Assembly: GCA_051942245.1 (NCBI GenBank)
Contig: JAVECL010000055.1
Span: 1 to 64,000, forward strand
DNA: 64,000 nucleotides
Direction of reading: 5' to 3'
From: Trypethelium eluteriae
Taxonomy: Eukaryota
Shown: positions 10,257-22,465 of the stretch, in pieces
Numbering within the stretch: the first letter of the stretch is position 1
Layout: each line of letters starts with the position of its first letter
Made by a program: the position numbers and the translations under genes
The notes under the pieces: generated by a model
Told to the model about the DNA's origin: nothing
Databases searched by the model: none
What the model saw: only the letters and a program-made list of their open reading frames with translations

Positions 10257-12269
10257 ATGGCTATGATAACAAGGTCTACAACTCCCTCCCAGACTGTGCC
10301 CTTTTCTGCGACAGACGACGCTCCCAATACGCCGACATCCCTGGCATCAAATCCGCAGGCGAACGTGGCTGAGAACGGGGAAAATCCAAACCTCCTGAAC
10401 TCTCGCGGACCAGGTCAGCCCCAAGGAGACAGTACCGGTTTTAGTAAGTCTCTGTCGCCGAAGTCTGGTAGAAGAAAACTGTCACAATTCACCCCACCAC
10501 CTTTGACTGGTGCCGCTGCTATGGCAGACGAGCGAAAGACAAAAGAACAAAAAGCCCAACAACGTTCTCAGCAGACGAGTCCAAATCCAGCAGCAAAAAT
10601 CATTGACGTATTGTTGTCAGGCGGAGGTACGAGCAAGCCCCGGGATGCTCCACCGGAAACTGTGACAATGAACGACGCCGTAGCCAAAGCAGCCAAGAAG
10701 ATACAGATACCAGAAACCAATGTCATTTCTGATCAAAACACCACAAGTCCAGTCAGTATGTCCAGTGTCGCCTCTCTTGATAGCACCACAGGCCCTTCTG
10801 CTATGACCGCGCCCGTTACCGATGCCGGTACTGCTCCGCCGTTGGCGGCTGAAACTACTTCGACTAGCGCTATGGAGGGAGTTGACAGATCGAGAACTCC
10901 AAGCGATGCTCTTGCTCCACCATCTGCTGGAGACTCTGGGAATCGAGCGTTCACGTATCCAGGTCCTGTGGGCAACGTCGAGCAAGAAGCTGCAGGGACC
11001 AGCAGCGGGAGAAGTGGGGGCAGTCTCCCTCCCCCTTCATATAATCAGAATAGTCCCAAATCGCCGGGCACAAAACGCCACAAGTGCCCATACTGCTCGA
11101 CGGATTTTACAAGACATCATAACTTGAAAAGTCATTTGTTAACGCACAGTCAAGAGAAGCCGTATGTATGTCAGACGTGTCAAGCTCGTTTCCGCAGGTT
11201 GCATGATTTGAAGCGTCATACGAAACTACATACTGGAGAGAGGCCCCACACTTGTCCTAAATGTGGGAGACGATTTGCTCGTGGCGATGCTCTAGCCCGA
11301 CACAACAAAGGTCAGGGAGGCTGTGCCGGCAGAAGATCCAGTTTTGGAGCAGATGACGATTTCGGTGACGGCAGAGGGGACGACAGCATGGATGGGCTGA
11401 TGTATCATGGAGAGGGTGCAGGAGATGGTGGAATGGAGGAAGACGAGGATATGCCAGACGCTCGGCGGCGATCCGAGCCCTCGAATAAGCGCTTACATCG
11501 CCAAGATTCGGGTCAAGCGCCTTTCCACCACCATTCGAGTACATATCCACCACCTGCCGCGAGGCTCGGCAGCAATGTGATGCACCCACCAGGGGGAACC
11601 CACCAAGGAAGCTTTGTCACCTCTCCGAGGGAGTCGACCGCGGCAAGCCCAAAGGCGCAAGGCTCTAGCATGTCGTCCAACATAGCGTACGGGACTCAAA
11701 ATCCCGGCATGATCGCTTATGGGATGACTGAAAGCCCAAAGCCGCTGTCGCCTAGTCAGTCCGATCCACATCGACTGAGCGTCGGCGATGCCACGCATGC
11801 TCACCGAAACCGGTCACCCAGTCTAAACCAACAGCTACACCAACAGCAGTTTGGTCGAGGTACAGGACGAGGTACACCACCCATGGGCTTTGCCCCCCCA
11901 CCGTCACATCCACATCCTCAATTACCAGCTCTCCCAGGTCTGTCATCTGCCGATCCTCGACGTTCCGGGGACAGCCGGGGTCCGGCCCCAAGCATGTTGC
12001 ATCAGCAACTCCCTCAACCAGGTGGTGGCACGGGATCAAATCCGGGCAGTCTCTCTAGTCACGGCCAAAGCAGTGGTGGCAGCATGCGTGAAGTTCTCGG
12101 CGGTGGCCCCAGCTCGACGCAAAATACGGGCCAAACCGACAGTCTTTGGAACTACGTTCGTGATCTTGAAGGCAAAATCCAGCGGATGCAGGATGAGTAT
12201 GAACTTCGAATTTCTAGGATGAACGAAGAAATCATTGCTTTGAGAAACGGTTCCGTTCAGCATCGGTGA
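10257..12269 (+). CDS. C2H2 zinc-finger transcription factor (3 fingers, C-terminal coiled coil), 670 aa
   Basis: HKCPYCSTDFTRHHNLKSHLLTH, YVCQTCQARFRRLHDLKRHTKLH, TGERP linker, HTCPKCGRRFARGDALARH; the rest is low complexity with a terminal heptad segment. Confidence 0.93.
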   Translation: MAMITRSTTPSQTVPFSATDDAPNTPTSLASNPQANVAENGENPNLLNSRGPGQPQGDSTGFSKSLSPKSGRRKLSQFTPPPLTGAAAMADERKTKEQKAQQRSQQTSPNPAAKIIDVLLSGGGTSKPRDAPPETVTMNDAVAKAAKKIQIPETNVISDQNTTSPVSMSSVASLDSTTGPSAMTAPVTDAGTAPPLAAETTSTSAMEGVDRSRTPSDALAPPSAGDSGNRAFTYPGPVGNVEQEAAGTSSGRSGGSLPPPSYNQNSPKSPGTKRHKCPYCSTDFTRHHNLKSHLLTHSQEKPYVCQTCQARFRRLHDLKRHTKLHTGERPHTCPKCGRRFARGDALARHNKGQGGCAGRRSSFGADDDFGDGRGDDSMDGLMYHGEGAGDGGMEEDEDMPDARRRSEPSNKRLHRQDSGQAPFHHHSSTYPPPAARLGSNVMHPPGGTHQGSFVTSPRESTAASPKAQGSSMSSNIAYGTQNPGMIAYGMTESPKPLSPSQSDPHRLSVGDATHAHRNRSPSLNQQLHQQQFGRGTGRGTPPMGFAPPPSHPHPQLPALPGLSSADPRRSGDSRGPAPSMLHQQLPQPGGGTGSNPGSLSSHGQSSGGSMREVLGGGPSSTQNTGQTDSLWNYVRDLEGKIQRMQDEYELRISRMNEEIIALRNGSVQHR

Positions 12270-14366
12270 CAATGAATGCCGGTGCCAAACCAATGCCAGC
12301 AGACCGAACACAAGATGCTTGGCATGGTTGACTTGACAATATTGTACGCCCCCCGGGTTCCCTATCGATCCTAATTGCAAGCGTACAGTAAACTCTACAC
12401 GATATGTACATTATATTCCTACGGATGAAAGCTGCTCTCGTCACCCCAAGCAACGACTTACGGGGAGGTGGAGAGCACTTTCAAGGCGTCCAGTGAATGA
12501 CAAACGCGGTGTCCAGTATACGATAGAGACTCGCGATGAAGATGGGTCGGAAAATGAAGGTCAGGGGCTGCATGTAGCGAAAGGTGTCGAACGGTCTCGG
12601 CGCTTGCTGGGGAAGAATTGGCAAGCTTGATCAAAATTTCATATGGCTCGTCTCTTTGGCCAAGGATGGCGTTTTGGTTCTTCCTTCTCTCTCTTCGCGT
12701 TGTGGCGAAGAGACTCTATACCTTCCTATCTATCACCCAAATGTTTCCGGTCCATTTCTGCCTCAAGTTCCCAGCACGTGTGCCTGGCGAGTGGACGGAT
12801 ATGTATTACTTAGATGATTGTTGATCTTATGGTTTCCCTTATCTATCGAGATCCCTGGTCTAGCTCATGACGCATCACCAGGTTTCCGATCTGTACAATA
12901 TTTTCCACTTCAAGACTACCATTTAGGTGTGGGAGAATGGACAGGCCTTGTCACCTTGTGTTCGACAACCACCTAGCGTGAACATGGGCCGGAGATATCT
13001 CCAGGATGCTTGCACCCGCGAAGATCCACCTCCGAAGAATCACCTCTACATATTCCGACTCAAGGATGGCCATCCTTGCCGTCAGTACGCAATGGAAGTC
13101 TTGGAGGTCACAGGTCTACTTTGTCGACCATGAAATAACGCTGCATCACGTCATGCTCGTGCAACATTATTAGAGTACGTAAATTAGCAGATGAGAGCAG
13201 AGGCTTGAAGACCACGAATCTCCGTCCACCCATGTTCAGTTAGCGGCATGCAGCCGCAGGACAGCACCGACGCACCGACGGGAGCAATAACATCCGGTCA
13301 GGGTCTGGCCGACGGGCAGACGCATCTGCATCCCAGTCGCTTAATCACCACTGATCATCGCTGGCCGCTGCAGAACGGACACACGTCTGCGATGGACGGG
13401 CACCGTAGTACTCCGTATCTCTCAGCAGGCGCATCGAGTTTACAGTCAGGAGCCTTGTCCATGACAGCGATCCTCCGTACGGCGTGACCGAAGGAGGCGT
13501 GGATTCGAACAGCATCATTTCAATATTATTACGGGAACACGCACGGCATCATGACAAGTCGGCCACTCTAGCACCCTTGGTTTCTGTTTGACAAGGTGGA
13601 GAGTTAAATTACGAGTACCTGTGGCGCAGGTGTGGCTGGGCTTGCGCGGCCGGTTCCCGCTGGGAAGCTTGGCGTGCTTGGCGTGCTCAGAAACACTGCT
13701 AAGTGGGTGAAACAGCTTCGCGTCCGTGGCGTGGCTCTGACGACCGGGATCTTGCCTTGGATGTTTTGGTGTTTTGATGCACGTCCCACTCCACCCCACC
13801 GCGCGCCACCGTGCCCACCCATCCCTGGACATTTGCCATCCTCTGCCTTGCTTCATTAGGCGCTGCACGCCCCGGCTCCGACGCCGTAGCACGCTGTTCG
13901 CTTCAGTGGAGCATGTTAGCTGTCATTACCAAAGACCATGCCCTCGTGCCTCCAAGGAGAAGAAGGTATGGAACATGACTGTTGACGTGACCTAACGGTC
14001 AGCAAAGGAGAAGCAGCCACCCAGCGTTGAATCATCATACCGTCCTGTGGGTATCTCACTCGCAACTGCTATCTTTAAGCCTTCGGCCTGACGTCGCTAG
14101 GCTGGCTTCGTCACTTATCAGACTTCCCGCCGTTGGGGAAACTTATTCTTCCATCTCATTTCCATTCCTTGAAACCGGCGGTACTCTCGCTACTGCCGCC
14201 CTTGTCAATGCTCGTTCGTTTCCAGCTTGATCGGATCTTGGTGATAGCATACATAGATCGATCAGCAGTCTGTCGTTACCTCGATGGGTGCGCAATCGGT
14301 CCGGTCATCTACCTTTCTCCGCCTTCCATAACCACGGTACCTTGAAACATCTCGATCATCGCCAAC

Positions 14367-17300
14367 ATGCCCTTGAAATTGTTTAATAGGGGTGATGTTG
14401 ACACTCCACCATCTCACAAGCCTCCTGCTCGCCGTCTCTCCAAGCCCAGAACCATAAGCGATTCTTCTCGCAGCCCACAAAAAGAAAACGATAGCCCTCT
14501 ATCTACCCATAATTCATGGATGCTGGAGGACGAGGCGGTCATTGAAGTTTCAGGCGGATCTCATCGTAGTCGATCCAGTACGAGAGACCGCTTGAGATCC
14601 CAATTATTTAGCGAGAAGTTTCTCGACAATATGCCGCAAGATAACAGGGACGAGCAGTCGGAAGACAATAAACGGCGGAGTTGGTTCGAGAATTCAGCCA
14701 GTCGACTGAGCTTGTCGCCCCGAGAGCCAGTGGCATCACCCGGTCTGACTTCACCTGGGGGCTCCAAGCTCTCACTCCCACCGGATACTGAGATGGATCT
14801 ACCAAAGGCAATCTCACTCATACAGGAGCTTAAAAAGAATGCCTCACCTGAAGATCTAGTGCTTTTGCACAAAGCTCTACTACCTACCAAGGATGAATAT
14901 AGCCCCGTTTCGGCCAGTTCGGACGATGTCTCACCATCGCTGCTTGCTCTCCCCACTGATAGGACTATCCGGCGTCGCTCCATACAGCAAGCACCCGGAG
15001 TAGCTACGAGGCTCAGCCCGCGTCCATCTCCTAAAACGTCCTCTTCCGAGGAGCGTGTGGTAACACAGGTATCAAAACGGTCTTCTCGGGAGCATAAAGA
15101 GGCTCGCAGTCTCTCCTTTCCCCCAGCAGCACCTCTGCACGGGCGAAGCATCTCTGGAGGATATAAGGGTCAAACGTCGTGCGACCAGTCACCCAGCGAT
15201 GCTCGAGCGGCGACCCCTTCAAGCCAGACCGACTTTGGTTCTCTATCGACACCGGGTGAACTACGAATAACGAATGGCGCTGCTTCGCCAGACTCTATGC
15301 GAAGCGCGCGTAAGATACAAAAGGTCCAAAGAGCGGAGCTGAAGGCTCACAAACAAGGAACCCCGATTCCTCAATCCCGAGAAGACTCCACCCCTGTCTC
15401 ATCGATAGCGCAATCGATGCATCGTGAAGACAGCGTTCACCCAGAATCACTCCAAATTCCACAACTTCGTCCACCGTTATCGCGGGATGAGGGTTACTTC
15501 ACGGCCTCAGACTGCACATCGAGCTCGAAAGAAGTAACGCCTTCCACTGAAGATGGAAAGAAATTGCCTCCTCGGGGTAGGCGAATGAGTCCAGATCTGT
15601 CATCGCTACCATCTCAAATAAAAGAGAATTCTTCGCCTAAAAGCTCTAGACCAGGAGGCGATGTTAGTCACAGCCGGACTAGAAGCGGAAGTCCTTTTCC
15701 GATGAAGATTCAGGATGACACTGAGGACGGACTGGGGCAAAACATGGATGTTTGCGACGAGGACGGCAGTCGTCTTTCGCGAACTTTTTGGTTGGGTTCA
15801 CCAAGTGCAGAGGACTACAGGCGCGAAATTAGATCGAACCCATATGCTCTCACCGACGATTCCGAAACCCCAACGCCCCGAGCCTCGCCGCCTCAAGAGA
15901 GGATTGGCAACTTGAGCCTTGCTGACAATTACTCGAAGCAGCAATCCCGTACCCCGGAAGAGGCATTCCACCAGCTCAATGGCTCGCTTAACTCGCAGAC
16001 TGCACCACTGAACGAGCCATTCGGCCCAACCATGCCATCCGCAAGCCGATCGAACAAGGCAACAGCCCAGCCTCAAGTTGATGCAAAGAGTGGGGAGAAT
16101 CCTCGCCGCTTCGAACACAGGAGTGTGAGTGATGAAGAACCGCGCAAGTCTGAGAGTTCGATCAAGAAAGACAGCGGCTACAACTCCGAAACTTCGTCAG
16201 CAGGTCAAAGCAGGCAAAACATGCAAAGCAAGCACAACAATCCTGAAGCACCGCGTCCTATTGAGGGCGGCACCTTTGGTAAGTCATTGCCTTACCTGAC
16301 TTCGGGATCAGGCTTTGGCGCGCAAATCAGCCATTCACCCCAGGTTCAAGGGAGTACCGGGGAGGCAACCATTTCCCAAAGCGTGGAACGCTATGAGGTT
16401 GAAATTGCATCCGCGTCTCAAGGCACTCCTGCTAAGGTAAAATCGTCTTCGAAGCTCAGACCATCTGCCTGGTTCTCACGCAGCAGCTCGAATCTCGCTG
16501 TAAACCCGCCTAAAAATGTCTCAGTTGAGAGCTTTGCAACTTTCAACCAAAGCGACCAAGAGTCTCGAAAACCCAAGAAACTGCAGAAGTTGCGTCCAAA
16601 GAGCATGGCGCTGGCTGTCGCGATTGAAGAGGATGGTAGCAGCAGTCGGCCGACGAGCAAAGGCAGCAAGGGGGCTGCGAGCAGCCAAGAGAATGTTGTC
16701 AAGACCTTTACAAATCCTGCAGTCTCACAAGGCCGGCCTGAGGGTGACCTTGCAGAGCAAACAAGACGGTCTGCCTGGCTTGGTGAATCTGACGGGGCGA
16801 TTTCCCAGCGTCCTGGTGAAGGTTCACACGAAAAGTCTAAAAGGAGTTTTAGTTTGAGATCGAAGAAGAGTCTCAACCCCCCGTCTAAGAAAGACAATAG
16901 TCATGCCCATCTTTCCGAAGCAGCCACGTCTAGTGAGACCAAGATATCAAGACGCAAGAGCATATTCGGTCGTAGCAAAAGCCTTTCTAGCCACTCAACT
17001 AATCATGACTCTTCTAGCCGCCCTTTGCGGAATAAATCATCATTTGACAAAGACGATGAAAAAACGGGTTCTGGATCAGAAGCTGACGGTTGGCACCAGG
17101 ACTTCGGCACAGTCGCAGCGAGTCTTGGTGTCTCGCCCTACGATATTGCCATGTCAGGTAAACACGCACAGAAGGCAGCTTGGGACTCTCGGCCGTGCGC
17201 AGGTCAGCCCTCATTCCCCTCACATTCGCATCAGGCTCAGCAGTTGATGGGGCAAGCAATGCAACCCACCGGCGTTCCCCATCCCCATCAGATCTCTAAC

Positions 17301-18809
17301 GCCCATGTACGGAGGCCGAAGAGCTTATTCACTATGAACGAAGAACAGGCATCGGAATATGCGCGGATGAGGAGTAGAGATCGAGCGGAAATGCTTGGCA
17401 AGCCAAGGCCTCTTGATCCCCGAGATATCCCAGTGTCAAGTGGACCGGCTAGACCAAAATCCGTTACTGCAGCTCTGAAAAATCAAGCAAGACCTCAGAG
17501 TTTGTATGAGACCTACCCAGGAGCCCCTCCTGTTCCTGCCCTACCCCAGATGGCTTCACTTGAGAGCGGCAGCACTGCCGAAATGAAGGAGGATATGACC
17601 GTCAACAATCCAAAGACCTTTGAGAGGAGTTTCTCTGAGGGAAAGGTACCTTCTTTACAGCGAATCGGTCGTGAGGAGACTCGAGCTTTCGATTTGCCAC
17701 TAGGGGAAACTCAACAAGCAGGATGGCGTGGAAGTGAGAATCGGCAAAAGTTACGGAAGGAGCGAAGAAGGAGCACCATACGGGACAAAGGGCGCGAGCA
17801 CAGTCAGCCTCCGAGCCCCATTGAGGAGGAAGAGGGCTCGCCAAAGTCGGATAATGGAATTACACAGACAAGGTCGGAGGAAGACGCAAGAAGAAAAAGT
17901 ATAAGCGCTATCAGTCAGACGCCGTACTCGGGGTCAATCGTACAGACAACAGTGGCAAGGAAAAGCTTTGAAGGGACCAAATCACTAAAGTCGCCGACGC
18001 AGGCATTGGAAGCGCGGTTAAGCAATCTCCCGCAACATTCTTCAAAATACTTTCCCTCCTCCCAGGAGGCGACGGAAAGTGCGCTCTCCAAAGAAGCCGA
18101 GCAAGGACTCAAGGTCTACCCGGAATTCGCCCACCTCCTTTCCGCCCGTGCTTCTGCTAAGGCCAAAGCTGCTGCCAGCATGACTGAATACTCTTCTTCC
18201 AACATCACCATCGACACCATCATCTCCCCCCCGCCTGCCGCTTCAGTCTCCTCTGCCGCTCGGGCCGCCCACTCAAAACTAAGCCCACTCAGCCCGCCAA
18301 GCACGTCGAACATGCCGACGTCTCAGCAACAAGATAAAGACGACACGGTACCTATGCCTCGACGCCAGATTCATCCCTCAGCGCGTCCCCGCCAGAGCAG
18401 CAGCGGCGGCGACTCCTCCCCCTCATCCTCGTCAGCAGGTCTCCCTCCTACATCTCGCGCGCCAGAACCACCCCTACACGCGTCCCACCCGACATCCAGC
18501 CCACCTCGACCCAAGACCTCCAACGGTCCGACTCCGAGCTCCACCTCCACCTCGCAGTCGCGGTCGCGGTCGCAACCCGGTCCGCGCCCGACATCGACGG
18601 GTGGGACGCTCGCGCCGAATCCTGCACCGGAGCTGGTCTTGCATCGATATTCGGGCGGATTGAAGTACGGGTGGGAGCGTGGCGCGGGGATCGGCGGGAG
18701 CGCGGGGACGCGAGAGGAAGGGAATCGGGCCGGGTGGAAGGGAGTCGGAGATCGGATGAGCTGGGGCGTGGATTTAGGGGATGTGCCTGTCTTTGTCACG
18801 GGGCAGTAG
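14367..18809 (+). CDS. Large Ser/Pro/Arg-rich, probably disordered hypothetical protein, 1480 aa
   Basis: 4.4-kb uninterrupted ORF with good AUG context (GCCAACATG). Short motif-like islands LVLLHKALLP, LRITNGAASP, LGVSPYDIA and C-terminal RYSGGLKYGWERGAGIGGSAGTR. Confidence 0.85.
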   Translation: MPLKLFNRGDVDTPPSHKPPARRLSKPRTISDSSRSPQKENDSPLSTHNSWMLEDEAVIEVSGGSHRSRSSTRDRLRSQLFSEKFLDNMPQDNRDEQSEDNKRRSWFENSASRLSLSPREPVASPGLTSPGGSKLSLPPDTEMDLPKAISLIQELKKNASPEDLVLLHKALLPTKDEYSPVSASSDDVSPSLLALPTDRTIRRRSIQQAPGVATRLSPRPSPKTSSSEERVVTQVSKRSSREHKEARSLSFPPAAPLHGRSISGGYKGQTSCDQSPSDARAATPSSQTDFGSLSTPGELRITNGAASPDSMRSARKIQKVQRAELKAHKQGTPIPQSREDSTPVSSIAQSMHREDSVHPESLQIPQLRPPLSRDEGYFTASDCTSSSKEVTPSTEDGKKLPPRGRRMSPDLSSLPSQIKENSSPKSSRPGGDVSHSRTRSGSPFPMKIQDDTEDGLGQNMDVCDEDGSRLSRTFWLGSPSAEDYRREIRSNPYALTDDSETPTPRASPPQERIGNLSLADNYSKQQSRTPEEAFHQLNGSLNSQTAPLNEPFGPTMPSASRSNKATAQPQVDAKSGENPRRFEHRSVSDEEPRKSESSIKKDSGYNSETSSAGQSRQNMQSKHNNPEAPRPIEGGTFGKSLPYLTSGSGFGAQISHSPQVQGSTGEATISQSVERYEVEIASASQGTPAKVKSSSKLRPSAWFSRSSSNLAVNPPKNVSVESFATFNQSDQESRKPKKLQKLRPKSMALAVAIEEDGSSSRPTSKGSKGAASSQENVVKTFTNPAVSQGRPEGDLAEQTRRSAWLGESDGAISQRPGEGSHEKSKRSFSLRSKKSLNPPSKKDNSHAHLSEAATSSETKISRRKSIFGRSKSLSSHSTNHDSSSRPLRNKSSFDKDDEKTGSGSEADGWHQDFGTVAASLGVSPYDIAMSGKHAQKAAWDSRPCAGQPSFPSHSHQAQQLMGQAMQPTGVPHPHQISNAHVRRPKSLFTMNEEQASEYARMRSRDRAEMLGKPRPLDPRDIPVSSGPARPKSVTAALKNQARPQSLYETYPGAPPVPALPQMASLESGSTAEMKEDMTVNNPKTFERSFSEGKVPSLQRIGREETRAFDLPLGETQQAGWRGSENRQKLRKERRRSTIRDKGREHSQPPSPIEEEEGSPKSDNGITQTRSEEDARRKSISAISQTPYSGSIVQTTVARKSFEGTKSLKSPTQALEARLSNLPQHSSKYFPSSQEATESALSKEAEQGLKVYPEFAHLLSARASAKAKAAASMTEYSSSNITIDTIISPPPAASVSSAARAAHSKLSPLSPPSTSNMPTSQQQDKDDTVPMPRRQIHPSARPRQSSSGGDSSPSSSSAGLPPTSRAPEPPLHASHPTSSPPRPKTSNGPTPSSTSTSQSRSRSQPGPRPTSTGGTLAPNPAPELVLHRYSGGLKYGWERGAGIGGSAGTREEGNRAGWKGVGDRMSWGVDLGDVPVFVTGQ

Positions 18810-19549
18810 GATGGCTGGGTTCCGGCATAGGTTGTGGTCTGGGGAGACCGGGGAGGCGAGTGAATGAGAATTGGTGGGATGGGACCGGTCTACGTTGAGG
18901 GAAAGAGGTGGGATATGCGGTTTATTATTTTCGATGCAGAGGCGGAGAGATTGGGGACTATGGACTCATGCGGTCGCACGGGCTGGTTTGGATTGAGATA
19001 ACGTAGGGAATGCTGCTCCACGCATATTCAGAGAACGACAGTCAAATATCAGAAAGGACACAGAACGCCAAGGATGGTGACACGAGTAGTTTATATGGCA
19101 GACTGGATCTGGACATCCTCTCTTCCTGAAGTTGATTCTTGTTCTAGGGTGAGGTGCATAGCTGGGATTTGTCTTTCTAACTGTATATATCTAATGCATC
19201 ATCGCGTGTAGAAAGTCAGATGTGCAGTAGCATTAATGAGACGGCATGTCCGTTGACGAGAGAACATGGTGGTGTTATGAAGATTGGTTTAGGGTTCTCG
19301 CCGTCTCCGTCTGGGAGAACGGCATTCTCCTCGTTCCAAGCTAGATCCACTGCGATAGCTATGTCGTCAATGCCCATATCCCCACACCAAGTATGCTTGT
19401 AAGAGCTTTAGCCCTGAGTTTCAGACTGCCTCGTTCACTTTCTGCCGCATCCATGGCTTTGATCTTCTCCTCCCTCTGCTTCTCCATCGGTCAACATCTG
19501 CTCCTTTCCCCAAGAAATCGCTTGCCTCTTTCGCAGCTGCTGGATCCCA

Positions 19550-19888
19550 TTACGCCTGTTCCTCCGTCTGCTGTGGTGGCCCTTTATATCGATACGGCGC
19601 GGGACGGTACGAGTCAATTTCGGCAGGATCCATGACGTCGTAGCCAGCGAATGTGAGAAGTTGGTGAGTCAGGTACTTCCTGGTAGTATCGTCGTCTTTG
19701 AGCTCCATTTCCTGCTCGTACGGAAGTCCGTCCTCGTCTATGCGGGTTATTGTCACCCTCTGATGGTCACCAGGCCACTCGGGCGAGTCTTGACGTTTGG
19801 CCAGCTGATTATCATGAGGACTATTTAGGGGTAAACCAAGAACGCTAAGAGGTACAGCAAGAGCGAACAGAGCAAGAAGAAGCTTCAT
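19550..19888 (-). CDS. Small secreted protein (112 aa) with Kex2-type KR site; possibly truncated
   Basis: ATG at 19888 gives signal peptide MKLLLALFALAVPLSVLG, a propeptide ending LAKR, then an acidic mature region. Confidence 0.6.
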   Translation of the reverse strand: MKLLLALFALAVPLSVLGLPLNSPHDNQLAKRQDSPEWPGDHQRVTITRIDEDGLPYEQEMELKDDDTTRKYLTHQLLTFAGYDVMDPAEIDSYRPAPYRYKGPPQQTEEQA

Positions 19889-22218
19889 GTTGACCTGAGC
19901 GTGTAGTGGATTGCGGTACTGGATTGGTAGTTGGGTGATAGAATCTTTAAGAGGAAACAAAAGGTATATCAATTATGTTCGGTAGTAGAGTGGCGCAAGC
20001 TGTGCCTTTATATTGAGCGTGAGAAAAATCCATTTCAACGAATTGAGGATTGGGGAGCTTCTCGAAAGTAACTCGGTTTTTGGCTGGGGACTCCCGGCTA
20101 CATTCAGCATAGGTAGGACCATCAAGATCCTCAGATGGCTCTCCTTTTGATCCACCTTTCCATCTCTTCTTGCCCTCCCTACTTTGCCTTCCCTATTTTG
20201 TCTTTGGTCCTTGTGTAAACTAAATGTCTCTTGATTTTGTACTGAAGGTCTCGCTAACCGGTAAAGGTATAAATATCGGAGACCTTTAAAGGTCTTAGCC
20301 CTCCGGTGTCATATTTCCAAAGAGTAGGTACGAAAAGCTTGGTGAGATATAGAGTTTGAGTACTTTTTGAAAACACGCATATACGCTACCGAATTACCAA
20401 AAGAGAAAGATATGACTGTTAGGCAATTTCACGTATCGAGCAAGTTTAACGTGGCCAATATTCGAGCTCGCACGTTTAGAGGAATGTTAAGTGAGGCTAA
20501 ACTTGAAGGTCCCCGATTCAGTACCGAACTAGGCAAGGTCGAGATCTAAAACCATGTAGTCAGCCGAGACTCGTTTCGATAAGTATCGCTCCATTGACAC
20601 AAAAGGATTCCAAAGAAAACATTCAATAGGCCTCTGTCCATCCAGGACGAATCGTCCTCACGAGGCAGATAGGAAGGCAGGGAAGGCCCCATGAACAGTG
20701 TCAAATTTTGGCACATGATCTAAAAGCAGCGAGCTAGGCTCTAAGCAGGAACACATCAAGTAAGAGGTTCGCTAGTGAGCCTCGATACTCATGAGCACCT
20801 AGGGTTATCCGATGTCAAAGCCAAGTCTTTTGCAGACTTTGGGGGTTGTTCTTTGCCTTTCTACGTCCGCGGTAGCCCGGTACGGATGCCCTTTTCGCCT
20901 AATGGTGTTATAGGTTGGAAGCAGGAAATCTTCCACAGTTCACACATCAGCCTTGCTATTCCGCAAAAACGAATTGTACTCAGCCAGCTCGTTCTGCATA
21001 AAGCTCAGTGGCTCACTAGACGCAGAGGCTATAGGATCCGCGCAGTTCGCGGATTCTGCCTATCACTTTGGGCCTATTGTCTGGACCGGGAGGTGGCGCA
21101 AGTTTCTATAGGCGACCGCCAGCACGCCTGGAGGGCGGTGAACATGCCATGAAAAAGCATTTGCAAGTCGTCTCCGGCAGCACTGTGAGACTTTCACCGC
21201 CGTTGGTATGCATATCATTATATCTGAAAGGGGGCAGTGGGGGTTCGGCTCGCAATCCGGATCATCCACACGATCCGACCAGTTGCCTTTCGGCAGGACC
21301 GCACTCCTAAGCACGCCAAGTTAGGGAGATGCACAGCCGTATCCTGGGATATCCAGAATAAGCAGCCAACAGCTGAGCTAGGCGAGAGCGGCTGCGGAAA
21401 CGTGGTACCAAGACAACTACGTCAGAGGGTCTGAAGAACCAAGAAGAACGATGCGAGCGCGGAAACAGGAGCTCATTATTGTGATGATGGAAGTAAGCCG
21501 GCCATACCGGCTGTGGCGAAGAGGAAATGAGTATTGGAAATGATTTGGTGATTTCGCTTCGTCTGTCGGGGTTGTCACGATCATGTGAAGCTCCACAACG
21601 GTGGGAGATTTGACGTCGTGTATACGCAATGAAATGATCGACCAATTTCCCCAGGTACGGAGACAGCCGAGCATTCCACGCGACGTCGAAGTTCACACTG
21701 TGTCCAGGTATGTGTTGCGATTGGAATGAGTGGGATACGTGGCCGAGAAGGACGACGTCACAGGGCGGAAGGGCGGAGCATGGCGAAACGGGGCACAACA
21801 AGGTGACGGGATGGTTGTTGTTGGAGTGACCCGGCTGAGGAATCGCTGAGTGGGGGAATGTGCCACAGAGACGCTGGCTGCCCTTGTTGTATGTCGGATG
21901 GGACAATCAATGGCTACGGAGAAGGCGCGGAATTCATGCTGGATAGCAGAGACATAGAACGCCCACACACCCACACGTAGTGAGGCGGACATGGTGAAAC
22001 TTGGGCACTTACGGCACTGTAAAACAAGAGCGTGGGGAATCAGGCATGCTCCCACGGTCCCACGGGCATCCCTCGGCTCAAAATAGCTGTAAGAGGATGC
22101 AGAGGCAGGGGCTGCCCTGTAACCCTGCTTGCTCCTCTGGCCAAGTCGCAATGACGTTGTACCTTACCTTATTTGTTTGCCCGCGATGACACGAGCTTGG
22201 GCTGTCAGGCAAGCTCCA

Positions 22219-22242
22219 CTCCAGCTCCAGCTCCAGCTCCAG
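22219..22242 (+). repeat. (CTCCAG)4 microsatellite upstream of TPS3
   Basis: Four perfect CTCCAG units; a short (CCTA)3 run follows near 22322. Confidence 0.85.
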
Positions 22243-22465
22243 CTGTTTTTTTCTTCCAGGTTTTGTCATGCCACCCGAGCAGGTTATCTCCTGGCTGTCT
22301 TCACCCAAACCTGCCTCGATTCCTACCTACCTACCTAACTCTCCTTCATCATACCCACCTTCTATCCTAGCCCTGCACATCCGCTTCTCCACAGTTGTCC
22401 CTCGGGCAGCGACTCGACTATAATTCACCTCTCGCCTCTTCTCTCAACCGCCTTGTTCGCCCAGT

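Noticed and set aside
20280..20295. Perfect 16-bp palindrome AGACCTTTAAAGGTCT
   Set aside because: Isolated, with no associated terminal repeats, transposase or second copy; no function can be supported.
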